From Botryllus schlosseri (Eukaryota), in assembly GCA_051294905.1 (NCBI GenBank), contig CM119376.1, forward strand, positions 24,118,001 to 24,182,000: a stretch of DNA of 64,000 nt. The letters are read 5' to 3'. The translations under genes were made by a program, and so were the position numbers. Positions 50,017 to 61,900 of the stretch are shown here, in pieces. Each line of letters starts with the position of its first letter. Within the stretch, counting starts at the first letter, position 1. The notes beneath the pieces are model-generated. The model did no database searches and was not told the DNA's origin. It saw only the letters and a program-made list of their open reading frames with translations.

Positions 50017-51848
50017 TAGGGTTGCCATACGTCCGGAGTTTCCCGGACATGTCCGGAATTTCACTGTTGGAACTGCGTGTGCAGGGGAATGCTGAAATAT
50101 GCTCAAATGTCCTGAATTTTATTTGAAGTAAGCTCGAAATTTATTCGTAAATCAACATAAACACTTATTTGGGAGAAGATTTTATGCTACTTGACATATC
50201 ATGATTTTAATATGGATACCCCTGTCCTAGCAAAAACTACAATCAAAAACAAATTAATACAACCATCATTTATTGTAGGCCTAATCAGGGCTGTGGAGTT
50301 GGAGTCGGAGTCGGAGTCGGAGTCGGAGTTTCGCTAATTTTCGCTTCATGGAGTCGGAGTCGCGAAAATTATAGTGGCTGGAGTCGGAGTCGGAGTCGAG
50401 TGGGACTCGTTTATCCTTTACTGGAGATCGCGAAGATGTTGAACGTAATCAGCTTCCAGCATAGGCCGTGAGAAAGTCCTGAAAAATTTGCTGACATTTT
50501 TATAGTAATCACGCAGCTTACCAAATTTTTAGGTGGGCCATACGGAACATTTTCAAATTGGAAATTAATTCGCGGCCATCAAAAGGTTGCAAGCCACGGG
50601 ATGTGCAACCTGCTGGTGCGGACCCGCATTCCAGCTCATAAATAGTCATATCCATGTGACGTGAACACGACACAGCGATGTACAATATTGTACAATTACG
50701 TTCCCGGCATTTTCGAAGTCATCACCTCCACCCCTTCTACCGCTAATTGTGACCACTTGGGCTGAGAGAGGATATAAATTTTATAGTTATAAGTGGGTAG
50801 ACCAATATTATTAAAAAAATTCATTCACCACATTTAACAACCAGATGCATAGTAAGCCCCCCAGAAATTTCATCGATCACCCTATAATTGTTGGCCGAAG
50901 ACCAGTTTTTTGGGGGGACAGGAGTGAGCTGCAAAAGTGCTATTTCGGTCCTGGCACCAACACACAAACACAACCACATATCTGCACCGACCTAACAGTA
51001 TAGTCAAACACACGGCCCGCGGGCCAGACAATTTCATCCGGCCCATGAAGAAGAATGTTACAGACCAAAATGAGAGTACCGACCAGGGTTGTAATGACTC
51101 GACACGAGTCATGATTTTCTTATGACTCGACTTGACTCGAATCATTTTTTCAAAATACAGAAATGACTCGACTCGCGTCAATCTGTGTATTAACTCGACT
51201 TGGACTCGAGTCATTGCGCATGACTCGTCGAGACTCAGACGGCCAAGACCAACATTTTTTTGTAATTTCGAAGAATAGTAAAGTAACCACCCTCCTGGCA
51301 TTTCGTCTATTGATACTGGTACTTGAAAATGAGACCAGAAACTGCTAAAAGTGAGGAAAATAGTAATTTATAAATGCGAACCATTTGATATCACCAAACA
51401 GAGTTATAAAAATTGGGTTTAACAACACTTCAACTTGAAACTGAGCAGTCAACACAATGACTTGGAATCGGCTTCGAGTCATTATACCATGACTCGGACT
51501 CGACCCTCTGCTCGATGACTTGGACTAGGACTTGAGTCGGTGGAGATTTGAAGATTACTCGACTTGACTCGAGACATAACTATAAAAGTGAGATTGACTT
51601 GTGACTCGGGGCCCTGTGACTTGGTTACAATCCTGGTACCGACAAGAGCAATCACTAGAGCTCAAATTGTAGATATGACCCAATAGAATAGTTAATTACG
51701 ATCTATGTTAAAAAATCCACTCCTGTATACAATCGATAAGCAAAGCATTGCTAGTATGGCGTCATATGTTTCCATACCTCATTTTAAACCCCGCTAGTTG
51801 TCGCTAAAGAGTGTCCGGAATTTGGCTCACGAAAATATGGTAACCCTA
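50017..51848. mobile_element. Second copy of the 44508-45575 family, inverted, carrying nested inserts
   Basis: TAGGGTTGCCATACG...AATATGGTAACCCTA. Contains a (GGAGTC)n element (~50286-50400), a CGGCCCGCGGGCC MITE fragment (~51010-51045) and the 51084-51635 element. Confidence 0.75.
51084..51635. mobile_element. hAT MITE, GACTCGAGTC family
   Basis: CAGGGTTGTAATGACTCG...GTTACAATCCTG; perfect TSD GTACCGAC. Confidence 0.9.
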
Positions 51849-52740
51849 AGAGTCTCCCTCACTCTGCTCATAACGTTAATATTAGCAGCACACCTGAGAA
51901 TCTGTGGCGAAACACAGTTTGGGATAACATCCAGTTTTCAGTGAACAGACGATAAAATAAGTAGGCACATTAACTGAACCGTGACGACATCATTCTGATT
52001 TTTGTAAACAAGTATGTATGAATGAAGAACACGCGTGTTTTTAGCGAACTGTATAATTACTTAGTCTGCATTCGTCCACTCATCATCGATAAAATTGATC
52101 GGATATTACGGATTTGTATTTTAGTATGATCTTGATTAACACATCAGTTGCTCTAGTTTAGAGACTTTAATCAGAATCAGGTTACCATGTCTGAACCAGA
52201 GTGGAATTGGTGGCAAACGTCACGCGCAACTTTCCATTTAATTCCTTAATTATTTTAGGGAAGAAACCCTTCTGTCACGCGCAACTTATTGCCGAAAACA
52301 ACCACTAATTCCAGTCTGGTGTCTGAAAACAAGAGGTAAAACAGCGGGGCTGCTCTCTTTTCTTGGTATTTCTTTCTCGTGTACTATACATGCAGTCTGT
52401 TTCGGTATTTGATTTTTGGTCTCTTGAGTATACATTCTCAATAAGTACCCTCTCGAACCGCTGAACGGACCCCATTTGGTTTGGTACATGACCCCAGTTT
52501 GAAAATCGTCGAGATAAATTCCTGTTATTGCTGCAATATAAACACATGCAACTCTTCAGCAAGCGTCACATTGGCATTGGGCATATGGAACAGTTGGGTT
52601 CAGGATAGCTTTAGTGTAATGTAACTGAAATGCCGTATTTTTTAGCAATAACCATATCTCAACATCACAGTGGAACTTGCTGCCCACGAGCCAATATTAT
52701 TTTGAGAGTTTGAACTTATAGCGACCGGAACATGTATATT

Positions 52741-54435
52741 ATGAATCCAAGAGAAACTGGAAAGTTTATAACAGATGAGTCTGAGGATATTCATATCAAC
52801 GACCGTAAAGTTGAAGAAGTTGCCACTGTATTGGCAAAGGAATTCCTTGCGAATAACTTCACACTTTCTGGGTGGAAAGCGCACGCCCTACACCCTCAGG
52901 TGATATATTATCAGTAATTTATTTTAGCTAGGAATCGTTACTACACAGACAATGGCCTCAGTGTGATATTCAAATATCACTAAGTTTGTGAATACATACA
53001 ACAAATAACCCGCCTAAGATGATTTTTTTATTATTCAGGAAGCCAATGATAAAGCGATTGAAGTGATTTTCGTGAATGACATACTGAATTTTTCATTTTG
53101 GCCCGACGTTCCTGGGAAAAAATTTGGCGTAAGTACAGATTTTTGGTGTTGAAAATATAGTTACAAAGCTATTTTATAGTGCTGGCCAAATATGCAGTCA
53201 TTTGAGTTCGTATATGGCGTCTTACCCAAATTGCAATGAACCTCATTTTTTAACAGGTCCAATACAATGGAAAGTTACACACAGGTTACTGGTCGATGGT
53301 TGCTGCATTGAGGAGAGCTGAAGAGGCAGGAAAACCTGTGTATGACGCTCGGTATATGTGCGACGTGAAGGAGGACGAATTCAACTCTATATTTGCATCT
53401 GACACAGGAGTAAGTTTCGCTGATTTAATATGATGCTTTCATGCTTTTGTGTATTGCATACTTTAAGGTTGAGGTGCCTTTGTTGAAAGAAAGGTGGGAT
53501 GCTTATACGGATAGTGGTAAAGTCTTGTTGGAGAAATTTGAAGGGAAATTTATCAATTGCGTACGGTAAGGAATAAGCAATATTTATGTTACACTTCACG
53601 AATGACCATAATTGATGCCCATGCTGTAAATCAATATTCTAACCAAAAATCATAATTTGGAAGGTCATGCAACAAGGATGCGATTGCATTGCGGAACCTG
53701 GTAGTAGAGAATTTTGCAAGTTTTCGCGATGAATCTGTTTACAAAAATCACAAAGTATCATTCTATAAACGAGCACAAATTTTGGTCGCCGACATATGGT
53801 GCTGCTTTGAAGGTTCGTATGCATGTCATACCAAAATCATCCATGTGTGGCTAAGGTCATACAACTTATGTCTTCCAGGTAAAGGTCTCGGCGAATTTCA
53901 CAACATTGAGCAAATCACGATGTTCGCCGACTACAGAGTACCGCAAGCTCTTGAATATTTTGGTGTTTTGGAGTATTCTGACAAGTTTAAAAATATTCTA
54001 CATCGAAGAGAATTGCTACAGCCTGGCGATAGGTGAATTCATAGTGTACAAAATGTAGCTGGCTTGTAGTCCTCATGATGAATCCATGATGATTTCTACT
54101 AGGCATGCTAGACCGCAATAGCATCCCGATTAGTATTAAGAACATTGTGGCTCACAAATCAGAGATATACCAGTATATCACTATATTCGATAAATTTCAC
54201 TGATGCGATAATTTTCAGAATCGAATTGGAAATCCGAGCAACATCAATAGAAGCCACCGAAAGGCTGGTCGCCGCAGTAAAAACTGTGGTGACAGAGACT
54301 CAGAAGTGCGATGATGCTCAGTTAGCTACTGTGAATGCAATAACAGTTGATAACTTTCTTTGGGATTACTCACGGGCACACAGAGACAAGACAGAAGCCA
54401 TTCCTTTTCATCTTGTGAGAACGATATACTACTAA
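52741..54435 (+). CDS. QNG1: Queuosine 5'-phosphate N-glycosylase/hydrolase (queuosine salvage protein, C9orf64/DUF2419 family), 339 aa
   Basis: Exons 52741-52899, 53039-53128, 53257-53409, 53468-53565, 53664-53812, 53879-54032, 54219-54435 are phase-consistent (1020 nt). Motifs NPRETGKFI, LNFSFW, GYWSMVAA, VSFYKRAQILVAD, ITMFADYRVPQ, LWDY...PFHLVRTIYY*. Confidence 0.95.
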
Positions 54436-55279
54436 ACAGCAGTGTTGGGATGACTCGAGTCACTTAGCAAAAATGATTGACTTGACGCTTCTGAAATGTG
54501 GATTGACTCGTGACTCGGAGCAAAAATTACGAGTCATCTAGTGAACAGTGTTGATTATATCACTATATCTTATGTATGTTCGGATTGTTCGTGATACGCC
54601 GGTGTCACTTGTGAGAGCAACCAGTCCTTCACTGATTGCACGTTTCACTGGTCCTCCATTGTTACTTCACAAATTAATTGACCGGAAACGAAAGGATCAC
54701 AGCTTATATGTTGTTGTTGTAGTAGTAGTAGTAGATTAACGGATCTGTGTTTCTTGGATGGCTCAGTGGTTTCATCACATAGACCTCCCCTTTTAGCAAC
54801 CCTCTTGTATAATTTAAATCGAACGAAAATGGTTTATGCGTTCATATTCTCCTGGATATGTAAATGGGTAGTGCATTGTACATTTGTACCGTATCAATTT
54901 GTATCAACTTCTCGCAGCTTGGTATTCGATCCTCTCTATTTTGGCCGATAATAACAGAATGTAGCATGTGGCTATACAGTTACGCGGGTATTTTATTAGC
55001 ACATAGCAGTTCTAGGTGTGCGTGAGCGATACAGCGCCATTCTTTATATCTTTTTAATTCGCTATTTGATTCAAGATAAATGGCCAATTAATCTGTCTTT
55101 CACACAGCTAGCAAAATGTAATGACTTTAAATCATCAATCATACTTCGAAAATTCAATTTGACTCATGACTTGATCCCACTGCTGAACAGACGAACATCC
55201 ATAGTGTCCCAACATCTGCCAATTCAAGTACAATACCAGCTGGTTCAAAGTGCATTCTGCACCAGTAGCTTATGTGCAC

Positions 55280-55313
55280 AATAAACAAAGCCTTTTTCAT
55301 TAAAATATTTATT
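55280..55313. terminator. Back-to-back candidate polyadenylation signals of convergent QNG1 and ABCA
   Basis: AATAAA on + at 55280-55285 and AATAAA on - at 55313-55308, between the two convergent stop codons. Usage is unverified. Confidence 0.35.
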
Positions 55314-55920
55314 CATATGTCCAAAGTGAAGGAAATGTATTTCCAGGACAAAGTGCAACGAAATGGAAAATTAGGAAAATCTGGTCTACTACGTACAGTT
55401 CCAGCACGATATCAGTTTAGAAACCACTATTTCGTTTACTGGCTGGAAAACAGCACTCGCTATATTGAATAGGAGGAATTTGATAGCGAACATAATATGC
55501 ATAGAACGTTTATAAAATCAATATACTGCACAGATGAAATTACAGATCGGTTCAGTAAGGAGGATGATGGCGCAACAGTTATGAAACAAGGTAGAAAAGA
55601 AACGTCTGATTGCCGCAATAATTGACAAGAGATGTGTTAGAAATTAGAATATCGACAAATTTTCAATGCAGAGGTTTGGTACTCTCATACTGCCATCTCA
55701 AATGGAAACTGGTGGTCATGCCGCAGTTTATCATAGAATCGCTATAGTCGACTGTGGTGTTAACACCAACATAACAGATTTGCCAGCAGTAAAAAAATTG
55801 AACTACCATCCACTCCAGCTCGATGTACTAGGCATTCGACTCCGTGTCCATCTCGAGCAAAACCTCGATAGATGTCACGACATGGCCGGCGTGCAGCATC
55901 GCAGTGAGATTTGATTCGAT

Positions 55921-58900
55921 TTATACGATTGTTTGATAGAACTTGTCGTTGCTGTCAACTGGCGACTTTTCGAGATTGCTGTATACATTCTGGTTGTGAG
56001 AGTCGAGCGGCATTACTTTCGTTTCCAAATCGATGTTCTCGTGCACGACCGAGTCGTCCATTCCGTCGGTCTGGTGTTTCGCGAAACTCACAAATACCTG
56101 AATTGAATAATATCTTAATATTTACAGCTGAAACACGTCTGGGGTAATCGACAGCAACTAGTAGAGAATATATGAGAACGTTGTATACCAACAATTCTAT
56201 CACCAAATATGACGTCACCGGCATGAAATTTTGTATAATTGCTTCAGCTCAACGTACTATATATTTTCCTGTTGGCACACCGGAATTGAAGCGTCGCTTA
56301 GGCCGTGAAGTAGGCAGCTACATTTCCCAGTGAATTCAATGTAAATTTTTGTGCCAAGTATCTCACAAGCCCCCGACTCTTTGTAGTTTGAGATTTCGGC
56401 TCTAGTATAGGCCTACTTATCAAAAACGACCACCAATCAGGGTTCACCATGAACATGTCAAAGTCCGTGGTATTTATAATTGGATTTAGGGTTACGGTGT
56501 CATACGAGCATTCATTACCCTTAATCCTACCATACCCTAACCTAGCACTAGTCCCAACTATAACCTCACCTTAAACCCCAACCCTCATCTTACGATACCG
56601 CAGCCTCACCATCATTTTACGGTACCCCAACCAGAATCTTACAACGCCCTAACCCTGATCAAACGATACCCTAACCCAGGGTTGTAATGACTCGAGTCAT
56701 GACTCGACTCGAGTCAGGATTTTCGGATGACTCGACTCGAGTCATTTTCTCAAAATACGGAAATGACTCGACTCGAGTCAATCTGTGTATTGACTCGACT
56801 TGGACTCGAGTCATTGCGCATGACTCGAAGCAAGTCATTGACTCGAGATTCAGACGGCGAAGACCGACATGTCATTGTAATTTCGAAGCCAACACACTAT
56901 TGGGATTTCGTTTGTTGGTACTGGTGCTTGAAAATGCGATCAGAAACTGCTAAAAGTGAGGAAAATTGATATATTATAAATGCGAACCATTCGATATCAC
57001 CAAACAGAGTTAAAAAGTGGGCTTAGGAAGACTTTAACTGGAAACTGAGCAGTCAACACAATGACTTGGACTCGGACTCGAGTCATAATACCATGACTCG
57101 GACTCGATCCTCTGTTCGCTGACTTGGACTCGGTGGGAATTGAAAATGACTCGAGTCAAAAATATAAAAGTAAGATTGACTTGTGACTTGGAGCCTTGTG
57201 ACTTGGTTACAACCCTGCCCTAACCCTAACTTCCAACCCCAATTTTATGATACTTTACCTAACACTAAACCTATTATAAACATGTTGACATACGACCTTT
57301 TAATGGGGAACACTGATTGGTGAAGGTTGTTGTGGATAAGAAGGTACACTAGATCCTAGGTTTCCGTATGATGCCAGATTCCAACTCCGTGACTCAAAAC
57401 CGAAACGTTTACTTCCTGCCATTTGCAACACCAATTAAAACCAATTTAAAACCGGACCATTAAAATTCCCCAGCCCCGAACCAGTAAGAGCTAAGCGATA
57501 ACGCTGGAATAGAATCCAAAACGAACGCAATGCTTACCTCGTCCAGCGTTGTCTGACTGAGCGAGTAATCTTCGATTGCCATTTCGGCCTTGTTGGTCTC
57601 GATATGTTGAAAAACTTCGGCAAGCTTTACACTGCCGGGATGTAGCTGCATCTGAAAAGGAGATAGTAGCAGTGTTATACACAAAGATAGTCACTGGTCA
57701 GTAATGAAGTACTACTTCTTTCGAGAACTGAATTAGGTTTTGTCTACTACCAGTACTTACTCAAGCGGGGATGTTTTTCGACTTCTTCTATTGGAACACT
57801 TTTTATACGAAGAACCGCTTGCACTTGAAGTAGTTTTGGCTTGTCTCGTAAATTTCTACTTGTAATGAGTAGGAATTTATGGCGTAACCTTTACTTGAGT
57901 AGCAACGCTGACTACTTTTACCAGTTGTGCCTTTCTGTTATCATGAGGACAGCGAGGTCAATTACACTACTTGTACTTCTACTCAACTGTTGTCAGTTTT
58001 TTAGTCGAAGTTAGTCCTAGAATACATACTTGATTACTTGCAAATTTCTTACTTGTACTTGAATATACATTTATGACTTCATTTCTACTTCCAATCGAGT
58101 ACCAACATCGGCCACAGGCAAAACACAGATCGTGCATCGTGAAACACAGTTTGCGTGACCATCAACAAAACATCACCCCCGACACTCACTACAAGCATGT
58201 TGTGATGTTTCTCCTTCAGCTCCGCGCCGTCAAAAGCTTCCATCAGAGAGTTCTCGACCCGGTCCATGTCCGGGTTATTTCCGCCCACACGAACCGACAA
58301 AGTGTACCCCTTGCCGTACCTGGTAAAATTTTCGATTTCACATAACCGATAAGGTTACGGCGGTAAGTCGAACTCACTTATTTTTCAAATGCTGCGGTGT
58401 TCCGATACACATAAACTTCCCGTTGACCATGATAGCGAGTCTTGTGCATAACGCTTCGCATTCCTCCATGCTGTGAGACGTGAGAACCACGCACCTCTCG
58501 TGGAAACCGCTGATCTTGTCCTTGCCTCTCACGACCTCCAAGATCCGTTTCCAGAGGAACCTTCGAGCCCCGGGGTCCATACCGGCCGTCGGTTCGTCCT
58601 GAGACGATATACGAGTTTCGTTATTTGGGGTTGTTGATAAGGGACATAAAATTTTGATTCTATGTCACAATTGAATTAGCATAGGTATCAAGATGCAAGT
58701 CTGACCTCAAGTCGATGCGAATTGCATTGTAAAGTGTTTTAAGTCAAGCCATGCAAACTTCTACAGTGACTAGAGTCCACACATCGTCTATCAAGTATGC
58801 CGGACCATACTCATGATATTTGATTACACACGTCATTCTACACCAGGCCGATTGATAGTCTTTATCATGATTCTGTTCTGCCGGCTCGTAGCACGGCTCA

Positions 58901-61900
58901 CTTCTGGGCTTTTTTAGAAGACCAATCAACCGGATCAGATGGCAAGGAGGGGCCTAGATAAACCTCCAACGCTTTGTTATGAATTTTGGCGTCGACAATA
59001 ACTGTGGAATAGGACTTTGACAGCTATCTGACAGTACTCGAGCATGTCCACATTATATATATTAGTCAGTCCTGAAGATTACAAGACCATGATCTGACAT
59101 ATGCCATATTCATTTTCATCTCTTGTCCTTATATGTTATCATCAACTGTTACTTTTCATTTAGTCCGTACTATACATGCCCCTTACATGCTCCAGGCCAT
59201 GGGTTGTCAAACTGTAATCTACGGACTAGTTTGAAGTGGTCCATGAAATGACAGTGTTGAAACATAAAATATACAGAACTACGTTTTCCTTCATAAGATG
59301 TCCTTGTTTTGCCAAATTACCAGCGCTCACGACCATCTCAAACGCCACACGGAAGATACGATACTAATAATTGCACTCCTTCTGGCAATCAGGTCGCTTT
59401 TTAATCATTGGGAGAAAAAGATTTAGAGGTTCAACCTAGCAAAAAGGTTCCGAACCGCTGGTCTAGGTCTTTTTATTTTATCGCGATCTTGTGTTTTAGA
59501 ATTTATCAAAATTTCAATAAATGTCTGATTGTTGAGCATCAGACGGTACAAGATGTCTGAATTCACATATTTTCAGCCTCACCCAAGGAATTTGCATATA
59601 CGCACATTAATTTTGAGTGTACATAATTAAAAAAACATTGTAGTCCGCTTCAGGCTTATCTGCAAATGGTAAGACGGAAAATAGCAAACGCACCAAGAAA
59701 ATGATCGGAGGAGATCCCATAAACGCGATCGCCGCCGACAGTTTCCTCTTATTCCCGCCGCTGTAGGTGCCGGCAGTTTTGAACGCGTAATGCTTCAATC
59801 CCAGCTTGTTGATGCCCCAACGAGCCACGTCATCCACCTCTTCGGGTGGCACGCCGCGCAGTCTCGCATAAAGTTGGAGATGTTCGAAACCTTGATAGGG
59901 AGATGTGATAATTGTCATCACAGAATCGGAACTGTGACTGGAGCGTGATCGATACGAAAATGTAACATATTACAGCTACAACATCTACTAATTTGAATAT
60001 TTGATTTACTTACAATAAAACTCTAGCTGACTACACATAAACATAGACTAGAGATAGGAGAAAGGAACTAGCACTTCCAGTCAATCAGGAAACACAATAA
60101 TTTGGGATGTTTGCAGCAAGGAATGAAGACAACATTTAACGTGCAAACAGCACAGAAGACAAAACGATGACATTATCGGCCAATATCAATGTCTCCGGAG
60201 ACGGATATCAGACAGGCTCTAGCAGCGATGCTAGTAATGGAATTGGGAGGTAATCCTACAATATGAAGGTCTGCAAAATCCACTTGTCCAATCATGCGTC
60301 TTTCAAAGACAAGTCAAACTCAAATGCTTAGATTTGTAAAACCCAATCATTGACACCGACATCGTTTATGAAGCAATTTTATGGAAGCCACCGACACATT
60401 GTCGAGACAGAGGCCTAGTTTTCCAGTTAGCTAGAGGATTATAATAACAAGTACGAGCCGTTTTGACATTTCTTGGCAATCGCTGCTCAATTACTTATAT
60501 TCGAGAAGAAATTAATGTCACTACTTCAACTTCTACTAGAATACTAAAGCTTACTACTGGACACAATGGGCAAAGAACAAAATGGATTACACCAAACCTA
60601 GCGTTATTTCGCACTTGCATTTGACCAATACATGTTATCCCAGAACAAACCGGACTCAGAATCCCAACACCGAGCAACAACAAACCTGTCAAGTGCGAGT
60701 TCAAGGCGTCAAACTGCGGGCAGTAGCCGCTGCTCTGCTGCACAACACGTATGGCGTCTGTAATGCTGTTGCCTAAAACTGTGGCGTTGCCCGCGGTCGG
60801 TTCGATATCGCCGGTCAACATTTTGAAGGTGGTCGTCTTCCCGGCGCCGTTAACCCCGAGCAGCCCGAAACATTCTCCACCCGACACGGCGACATTCATT
60901 CTACAATAGGGGTGGGGAATTATTTTTCATAAAAGAGAGGCAGAAAATATTGTGGCGGGCAGAACCAAAGTTATAGTATATTCTGTGGCGTGTTATTTTT
61001 ATTTTAAAATCAAAAGCAGAGATTGACCCTGTTCACACAGGCCGCTAGGTAAGGGGTAAGTGAGCGTTTATTTAGTTGGTTAAGTTAATAAATTAAGTGA
61101 GTAACATAACAATGAAGAAAAACACGGTTTGAACTACAGTGCACGAAAACAGTAACGGTGAAGTTGGAATCATCATTTATTCAAGTTGACCAATCCAAGT
61201 TTATGCAGACAAGAATTTTGCAAATTTCACATCAGTTTTTTATGTTTTTATGAGTTTATGTGTCATATTCAACTTCAGCGTTCATGTTTTCGTATAGTAT
61301 AGCAATAGTTGCCATTGCTGCATTGGTAATTTAAAGGTCTGTGACTTCAACTAGATAGGTTTCATTTTGAATCTGCATTTCACATACGTAGTCCACATAC
61401 TAAAGACACATGAATAATCACTAAACAGGCTTTGAAGAAGCCTACGGCTTTAGTGTACGGTGATGGACTCACCTGTCGACGGCCAGAAGCGATTTTTGAA
61501 ACGGCCCTTTCTGGTATACTTTGCTCAGGTCGTCGACTCGTAGAATCTCGGAACCGTCCAACATGGTTTTGACACGGATCCTTTCGGCGTCGACGTCTTC
61601 GTCCGAAGACACGCTGCTCTGTGCGGCGTTCGCTATTCCGGACTTCGATCGCCATTTGAACAAGTTGAAAAATCTGTCAAAAATAACTTGTCAGGGGGAT
61701 ACGTGCACACAACTAATACTACTGGTAAAACGCGATTGACTCGGCACAACAACATCCGACAGAGCAATGGTCGGAAACCTGTGGTAAGTCAAGTAGAAGT
61801 GCCACTTGAGTGAGGAGAGCAAGTAGCCAAAACCTACTAGGAGTACCTCAAAAAGCAGAAGTGCTTTGTTAGAGCTATTTAGGATGCTGTGCGGTCAAAA

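Noticed and set aside
44500-51856. Past inversion between the two inverted hAT-like copies
   Set aside because: The flanking 8-mers match neither as direct TSDs nor as swapped reverse complements, so there is no sequence evidence that an inversion occurred.
52286-52562. Minus-strand ORFs just upstream of QNG1 as an extra gene
   Set aside because: No recognisable homology and no convincing exon chain; more likely promoter or UTR sequence.
56686-57200. Regularly recurring GACTCGAGTC motifs resembling a CRISPR array or iteron set
   Set aside because: Spacing is irregular, there are no unique spacers or cas genes, and the motifs lie inside TIR/TSD-bounded eukaryotic MITEs.
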